From Intoshia linei (lineage: Eukaryota; Animalia; Orthonectida), in the NCBI GenBank assembly GCA_001642005.1, contig LWCA01000192.1:1-41710 (forward strand): 41,710 nucleotides of DNA, given 5' to 3'. The notes under the pieces were generated by a model, which made no database searches, was not told the DNA's origin, and saw only the letters and a list, made by a program, of their open reading frames with translations. Positions 28,701 to 37,700 of this stretch are shown piece after piece (positions within the stretch are counted from its first letter, which is position 1; every line of letters begins with the position of its first letter). Position numbers and translations under genes: made by a program.

Positions 28701-31700
28701 CATCCACAAAGTTTTCTACGATAAAAAAAAAAAAAAAAAAANNNNNNNNNNNNNNNNAAAAAATCAATTTATGAAATTTTTACCCATATCTCTTTTTGAA
28801 AACGAGTAGACGTTTAATGCAATTTTTTTTAATTGTAGGATGAATATTTACATATTCATTATTAATTTTTATCATGCCATTTGAAAAATATAGTTTGATA
28901 ATATATTAAAAGTTATTTTACATCGGGAATACGTATATTTCTGAGATTAAATTTTTGTATCTTTATCAACTGGACTAAGCTATATCAGATCAATCTTCTT
29001 TTTTTAATTGTAGGACTGTTAATTATTTCAAATTGTTTGTTTTAATAAAATAGTTTCGAAATAAAAAAAATGAATACTAAAGTGGCTTTTTGACCTCTCT
29101 TCTCTTGATCTTTTTAAAATTCTAGGATTATTTTCATTGTTTAAAAAAAGCGTAATCTTGGTTTTGATATAAGTATTTAATTAATATCGTAGTCGGTAAT
29201 TCACTTAATTAAATTACTGTAGTGTACTGTCATAATTATCAATTTAAATTTTATTTAGCTTGTTATGTGAATAATTATTCATTTCTTTTATAAAAGATGG
29301 TATTTTATTTTTTAAATTAGTTCAATTCAATTTAATATTATATACTACATGTAGTCGTGTGTAAATTTATTTGAAATTTATTGTAATTATGAATAGGGTG
29401 TTCAGCTGATATTATTACACAAGCTGTTAATTAATCATTTTAGTCTGTAATTATTTTTTTATTTGTACATTATACGATAAAGTAGAATCTACATTGTAAA
29501 TGTAGATCAACGGTCTCTAATAAATTTGTTTTGTGATATCAACACAAAAATCAAATTTTTACGCCTATTATTTTTCTCGAACATTTTAAATTTTATTTTT
29601 GTGATATTTTTCATACTTTTTTAAAAAAATTCTCGATAAAATTAAAGGTTAATTACATAGATAATTGCGTATGTTTAATATTCATGATTTAATTTTTTAT
29701 TTCGTTAGTTGGTATTTATGCATAACAACTTTAACATATTTAATAAATAACTCTTAATATTTAATATTTTAGCTTGTAAATTTAAAGTTAATATAATAAT
29801 GTTTTGTACATTGTGCAATGTACAGTGTAATACAGATATACAGATTTTGTATACTAATTTTAAAAAAGCAGTTGGTAACATTTTTATTAGCTATTAAAAT
29901 TATAAAAATTAATGATATAATATTTTATGACATGGTATAATAAATTTTAAAATAATAGTGAGTAATGTTTTATTATTAAATTAATATAATTATTACTACT
30001 AAATGTTAAATTATAATTAAAAATTAAATACACACATAAACTGTATGTATAATTAAACTTTACCTATTATATTTCAGTCGGTAATTTTTTAATTTTATTT
30101 CATATTTATTAAATTAATGAAAAATTAAATTATATAAACCGAAATAATAATAATAATAAATTATTTTATATAAAAAAAATTATAGAAGGTAAAATCATCG
30201 TCTTTAATCATTGGATCCGCAGATCCTACCGTTTGCTATAAGCTTTTTATTAATGTAAAAAGTTTATTTAAAATATGTTGGAATATTTAAGTTTGGATTT
30301 AAATTTAAATTTGTAATTTTTACATGTCATTTAAAGTTGAAATCTGGATCTGAAAATAATTGTATTTCATACAGAATTTTCGTGAGTCAAGTTTATGTAA
30401 AAACTAAGTGGGAAGTCTTTGTATAATTTACCAGTACATTAGATTTAATTGTTAACATTGTTTTATTTTAGAAATTTGTAATTTTTATTTTTAGATTTTG
30501 TACCTAGTGTCGAACATACCGTACCCTCGACCCTCCTCGGATGGATAATTTTATTTTGTAAAATGTAAAAATGGAGCCTGATTTTACCAAAACTATCCTT
30601 GAATACCATAACCATTTTGTTTGTTACGTTTAAAATGTTAACCTTATAGCTCTATAGAGGTGGCTAAGGGCTATATAACACTACAAATTGTTTGTGATTT
30701 TTTTGTTAGGCATATTTTTCATTTTTAATGGCCGACAGCTGGCTAGATTCGCTTCTATTGTACCTTATGTTTTATTATTTAAAATAGTGAAGATAAGTAA
30801 ATATCACCATATGATTATTATATTTATCCAGAATTATGTGCACATATAAATTATTTTTTCAGTTATAATTTTAATTATGCATAATCAAATTTATACTTTA
30901 AGTCGATATTCATAAATTACGGTGGAACTTATAATATTATTCTTAATTTAGTTCAAAGTAAGTTTTGAAATTCTATTTTAATTATAAGCAGTCATTTATT
31001 ATATTTTAATATTTAGAAATATTAACTAAAGGTACACTAATTGCATTTTATATAAATTTATAATTTTTTAGTGGATGATAATAAAGGTAAATATAAATTT
31101 AATGATATGTAATACACATTGTGTATGATAAAGTGTTTAAATAATTTGAAACATTTTGTCATTTCCAATGACTCAATTACGCCGAGAACGTGACAGAGTC
31201 AATGCTAATTTGTTTTATAACTATGTAAAACTGTCCTCTTAAAATCAAATTATTGTTGTATTAATATATTTATTTTAGTAGGTAGTGATTATACATTTTA
31301 ATTTATGGCTTGTGTGTTTAAACCAGTGTTTCCCAACCCATTTTGCGTTATCGGCCATTTTTTAGAATTTTATTAAATATATTATTTTTATCGCCAAGTA
31401 AAAATAAAATTTTAATTTTGAAAGTAACGTTATATTATAGTATATATTTTATGCATGAACAAATAGATTTATTTTTTTTTCAACTAAATCAATTTTTCAC
31501 CAACAGTATGATCTTTTCCGCCTTTTGCGATAAGATGCCATTAATCCATTTTTATTTGATCATAAAATTATAATAATTGTAAAAATTTTATATTTATCGT
31601 CATATCTTTAGTATATTATAACTAGGGCGATTATTTTTTTAACTAGGGCAAATTTTGATATGTTCATAGACATCAAATTAAATCAACAACCTTAAAAACT

Positions 31701-34700
31701 TACATTTTCGAGTTTAATTCCTAAATTTCCAGTTTTTTAAAAATGAAAAAAGTCACAGAATTTTATAAAATATAAATTCTGGGTAGTTTTTAAAATCGTG
31801 AGTATCATAAATTACAACTTCAAAAACTTAAAATCAAATAAAAAGTGGCCCTCGATATAGCAACTGCTGTTTGCAGTATTGAATCTATTGTACTCCGAGG
31901 TACCTCTTCTGGAGTCTAGGCAAAAAATTTTTAAAATGGGAGCCTCATTTTTTCAAATTAAATATTAAAAAAAAATATCTTTGAATATTATAATTATTTT
32001 GTGTGTTAAATTTAAAATATAAAGTCAAGATCTTTAGAGAGGTTGGTAAGTACAATATGACACAAGCCATCGTTTTCGAAACAAATTTTTTATGGGCCTA
32101 CTTTTCATTTTGTAGGTGACCTCGAATTGGATAGGTTCGGATCAGGCTGTTTGTGCCAAGTACATAACAGTAAACTTTACTAGAGTTAGCGTGACTAAAC
32201 CAAGCTATTAATATTAATAATATTGTTCAAAATTAATATTAAATCAATCTAAAGTATTTATAATTCCAATCAATTCGTGAAATTTCCCTGGTCATTTCAA
32301 AATATCGCAGATTCCATCAAATTTTCGATGACCCACAAGTGGGTCTAAACCCACGATTGGGAAACACTGGTTTAGGGTACGTAATGATTCAATTAAATTA
32401 GTATACTAATTGGTAATTGTAGTTACTGAAAAATCAATACTTGTATCAATTCTATTTTAGAAAACTTGGAAAACGGTAAATTAAATTTTCTGTAAATTAC
32501 TATAAATTATGTCAAATATTTCATATTTCAATTTAGAAAGTTGGGATAACGGTAATAATATTAATTTATAACATAAAATTGAGATGAATGTGATTTTAAT
32601 CGTCCTGTATTCCAGTAAAATCATATTTCCGATCACTAGTTCTACTTGAGAAATAAAGAATTGAGAGGGCCTAGAAATTTAAAAATTAATGATGTATAAT
32701 ATACATCATATATCAATCATACATCAATATGCTTAAGATTTAATTACAAAGTGTTGGTCAAAGATATGTAATTCATACCCTAAACTCGAAAAAAAAGCTA
32801 TTGTATTTTTCTTACTTTTCGCATGAACGTATTAAAATATATAAATGTATATGAATGTGGATTTTACTCTAGGGAAATTTTTTTAGCCATATTTTGAAGG
32901 GGGTTTTTAAAGATATTTTTTTAACCATATTTTCAAGTGGTATTTTGTGGAAATTGAAGAAGTCACTTATTCAGATTGAAATTTTTTATGTGTCTTAACA
33001 GGATATAACTACTATCTGCAATTTTTTTTAAATTAGGGTTGTTTTCATTTTAAAAAAAAAAAATGTGGGGTTTTGATCGTAAAAATTATCATTAAATTAA
33101 ATCGTTAAATATACATTTATTGACCAAATTTTTAATATTTAATTTAGGCATGAATGAAATACGTAAATATAATAATCATTATAATAATAACAACGTTGAC
33201 TTTTATGTACTACATAGTACGTACAAACATCACCTAGCTCTGACGAGGGCACATTTTTATTCTACCAAAAAAAGAAATTCACGTTGAAAATCTATTTAAA
33301 AATCCTACTATTCACTATTATCTATCCTTTAAATGAGTTGTTTCCAAATTTGTTTCAGGTAAAACCTGGTTAGAATTGACTTTATTCTATAATAACGAAA
33401 AATATATATTCTTAAATACATATTTTTCAAAATGACAATATTAGATAGAATTTTTCTAATGGAATAAAAATACCTAAAATGATTAATATATCAATTTAGA
33501 GGAAATTAACGAAAGTAAATATATAAATTTATGATATAAATTGAAATTAATCTAAACTTGTCAAATATGTCAAAAAAATCATATCAAAACTCACAACTTT
33601 TGAGTCAGATGACGAATTCGGTAGTGAAAATTTTTTGAACGTTTTAAATCGATTGTATGTTTTATCCACCTAATAAATATATTACATTGCCCTAAATCTG
33701 ATTTATAATTTTTAGAGGTGTTTTTCTAATAATATTTTTAAATCACACCCAACATTTCTGATTCGTGATTGTTAAAATTTTTACATTGGAAACTTTGAGA
33801 ATGTGTTTATACAAATTTTATAGGAAAATAAAAAATTTTAACCAATTAAAGAGAAAATACTGTATTTTTAGTTTCAAACTACTTACAAAACATTACCGCA
33901 GGATTTTTTCTTTAGCATATATTACATAATTAATAAATTTAGATATAATTTTGATTAGTAAATTATCATAACTTGATATTGTATATAATATTTTATAAAG
34001 TATATTTAATAGAATAATTATACAATCATTTTTATTATATTTAAATTATTCTTATATTAATTTTAAAAGACTGTAATAATTCAATTTGATTTTCGTGATA
34101 ATTATTATTACTATGAATGCTCAATTTAACAAACACAACGTTACCTGAATTTTATGTTAATTTAAAATTTTAAAGAAGTTTAAGTACATTCCCAAATTTT
34201 AAAAAAGTTAAGGTATGTCTGTTTAATGTATCCTTTTATTTAAAATAATTAAAAATCCATTAGAGATACATTAATTGATAAGGATAAAGGTTATAATATA
34301 TAATAATATATTATAACCTCATAACAATAGTAGAGTCTTAAAGAAAAGAGATATAATACTTTTTTATTTTTTTTTACTTTTATACTTTTATAATATTTAT
34401 TTTTAATGAAGAGTTAAAAAAGGGATGAAGGTTAAACTTTATCCCGCTAATGTTCTCAAAATAAACATGTTTTTAGATTATTGTTTACAGAACATTACAA
34501 CTTACTCTATATTTTATTAAATCAAAAAAAAATCTAATAATATATTATTATCTATCATCCCTGCGAAAATAAATATTTTATAACCGTTGGTTGATGTTTC
34601 GAAAAATCATGAATATTAAAAGATTTTTTATATCATTTTCAATTTGAAATTTAAAGCTTTTGTTTTATTACTAAAAACTTGGCTTGGTCATAAAGTATTT

Positions 34701-37700
34701 TCCATCAAATGTATAATATTGTCATTGAAAATAATATAAATTACTATACTGGGGTGACTGTATTAATATAATAAAAACAAATGCTCCTAAAATGGAACAA
34801 TGGAGGTTTCCCAGTAAGTTTTTACAATTATGTTTACATTTACAATTATTTTGAATTTGAAAAATGTAATATTTCCGTACAAAATTATCAAATGTTTGTG
34901 TTGATTAAATTGAGGGTTGACTGTATTTATCTAAACTAATTAATTATGAAAAATCGTAAAATTCAGATACTAATTTAAGACACATAGCAAGTAAAATTAT
35001 ATTTAATATTATAAAATTTATGTATGATGAGACATCATTTGATGCGTAAAATTTCATTAAGTCGTAAAAAATTGGAATGTATGCTTTCTTGTGCGCGTAA
35101 ACATTGGATTTAATTGCATGGTTCAAAAATAAAAAAAATTTATTATTAATAATTTTGTACGAATATATTTTTACTGAGTTATACAATGGCAAAAGTGTAT
35201 CCATAATAATCTATATTATTGATAGATTATATATAAAAGCAAACTTTGATAAAATTACCATAGGAATAGAGAAGTCAATAAGTCAATGGCTTAATTTTCT
35301 ATACATCTTAAACTTATTGATGAAAAATTTGTTTTTTTATTACTTTTAATACTTTTTATTATTGCTTTTTTGGCTTTCTTTGGCTAATACATAATTGGTA
35401 TTTTTAAGTATTTATTAAATTGTACTGAATATATATTATCACTATAGGAGACTAAAAAGAGCACTTTTGAAATGATAAAACACGTATAAAAATAATAAAA
35501 TGTATGATACTAATTTTAATGATCATTCATTATAGCTAAGTGCATTATCTTTATGACATAATCGTGCTAAAACTGTGTTTTTTATATTTTAATTATATTT
35601 GAAATTGTTAAAAAACATTCATCAATGACATGTCATATCATTTTAGTGTAAAATAATATTTTGATCGCTTTACTCGTTTGTGTCTACTCTGATTATCACA
35701 TTGAAAATGACAAAATAGGTTTTTATAATTTTATTTTTCTGTTATTTATGCATAATTAATAAATATAATAATATAATAAATCAAATTATCAAATTTTCTA
35801 TGCCCAAAAATGAACAAATCAGACTCGTTAGTGCTTAACGCCATTTTATTTATTACATGTACTATATGTAATAATAATATGTAATAAGTATGTATGTTTA
35901 ATTACATTAAATATTTTTATTTGTCGTTCCAATTTTACAGTCTTCGGTTTTTGGAAACACTACCACGTACTGTACATTTATTCACTTTTAAAACAAATTG
36001 TTTTGTATTATTCTTTTTTAATCGTACTTTTTTATAGAAAAAGTTGCATTAAGTCAATTTTTTTTTAGAGTCAATAAAAAATTTGCCCTAATTATAATAT
36101 AATTATATATTGTTTTCACTGTTTAAATTACCAATATTATCAATTTATGTTATCTTTCTTAACGACTACAAACAGCATATCAAAATATTATTTGTATTTT
36201 CACGCTTTTAATTAATTAATTAGAGTTTTTTATACATAGTATATGAAATAGTACAGATATACAAAGTATATAAATGTATATAAAAATAACAATTGTTTTT
36301 ATTATAATTATATTATTTAAATATCCTTATTAAAGTCAGTAAGTTGTAAATAAAGTTAAGTTATAGTACAATCAATTACATTGATACATTTAGAAAGTAA
36401 ATATTTTGAAATTCATACAAATACGTATGCAAGTATATATAAACCAGTAAGTGTATGATCAAATTAAAAATTTAAATATATATTCTAGTTAGTAATAAAT
36501 TAAAATACATCAATAAATTGAACATTATATCAATTACATACATACAGTGCGCGTAATAAACATAGGAAACCCCGATTTATATTATTTTTTGGTCTATTAA
36601 CATTAATTTTCATGAATATTTCATCTCCATTAAAAAAGGAATTTAAAAAGTACGCTTGTTGATACCATTATTTTTCTTCTGCCACCTTTATATGAAAAGT
36701 TATCACACAAATCGCTAATTAGCCGCGCAATAAACATAGGCACCTTAAATTAAAATAATTTGTCTTTTCTCCTTTATTGACCACAACTTCTAGGCATCTA
36801 TTTTTCATTGTCAATACTAACTTTTCAATAGTATCTATATGGATATTTTTCCATTCTGTCAATATTATTTGCGTCAGCTGATACCTATTTTTAAATTGCC
36901 TGCCATTTTTGTATAAGGACCTTGCCAAAATTCCCCATAAGTTTTCTATTGGGTTAAGGTCAGGAGACTTCGATGGCCAGTTTATTACATTAACAGAATG
37001 TTCTTCAAACCATGTTTTAACAATACAAGAAGTGTGGATTGGAGCATTATCTTGTTGAAAAATGTAATTTGTACCATAATGAAAGTGAGCAAATGGAAGT
37101 AGAAATTCAAATAAGGTAAAAATATAATCCTCAGAGTTTTGATTTTTATTCAGAATCGCCAATTTGGATTTGCCTTTCTATGAAAATGCTCCCCAGACTA
37201 TTACCGATCCACCTCCACTTTGCCGCGTAAAGTAAACTTCTTTTTCCTTTCGTAGATCATGCCAATAAAACTGGAATTCATCAGGACCGTTTGATCAAAT
37301 CAGTCCAAATTGAATTTTTTTTTATCCGAGAATATCACAGAATTTTAATGTGTATCCAAATCCACGTATTTTCTGACAAAAAAAATCTTATTTTCTTTAT
37401 GAGCTTTTGAAAGGACCAGAGCATGATGTCGTTTACTCCATTGAAGGTGGGAACAATTACTTATTACCTGTTGAACGGTACAGAGCTTCACGTCTAATTC
37501 TGCATTTTGCATAATGTTTCTAGCTGTATATTGACCGCTTAAAGCCTCACGTATAATATGAAACTCCGTTCTTGAAGTAAGTTTCTTGGGCCTACCTGGA
37601 CTTTTTGACTTTCCATATGACTCTGGGTTGTGTATAAACCTCGATACCACATTTCTAGACCTTTTAATCTGCTTAGCAATGTATTTGTGTGATTTATTTA

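Noticed and set aside
23158-30188. Regularly spaced tagttggta-like motif read as a CRISPR array, satellite or protein-binding-site array
   Set aside because: Only the ag and gta flanks are constant while the central triplet varies and reads as a protein; spacers vary in length and there are no cas genes. Splice-site grammar explains the pattern better.
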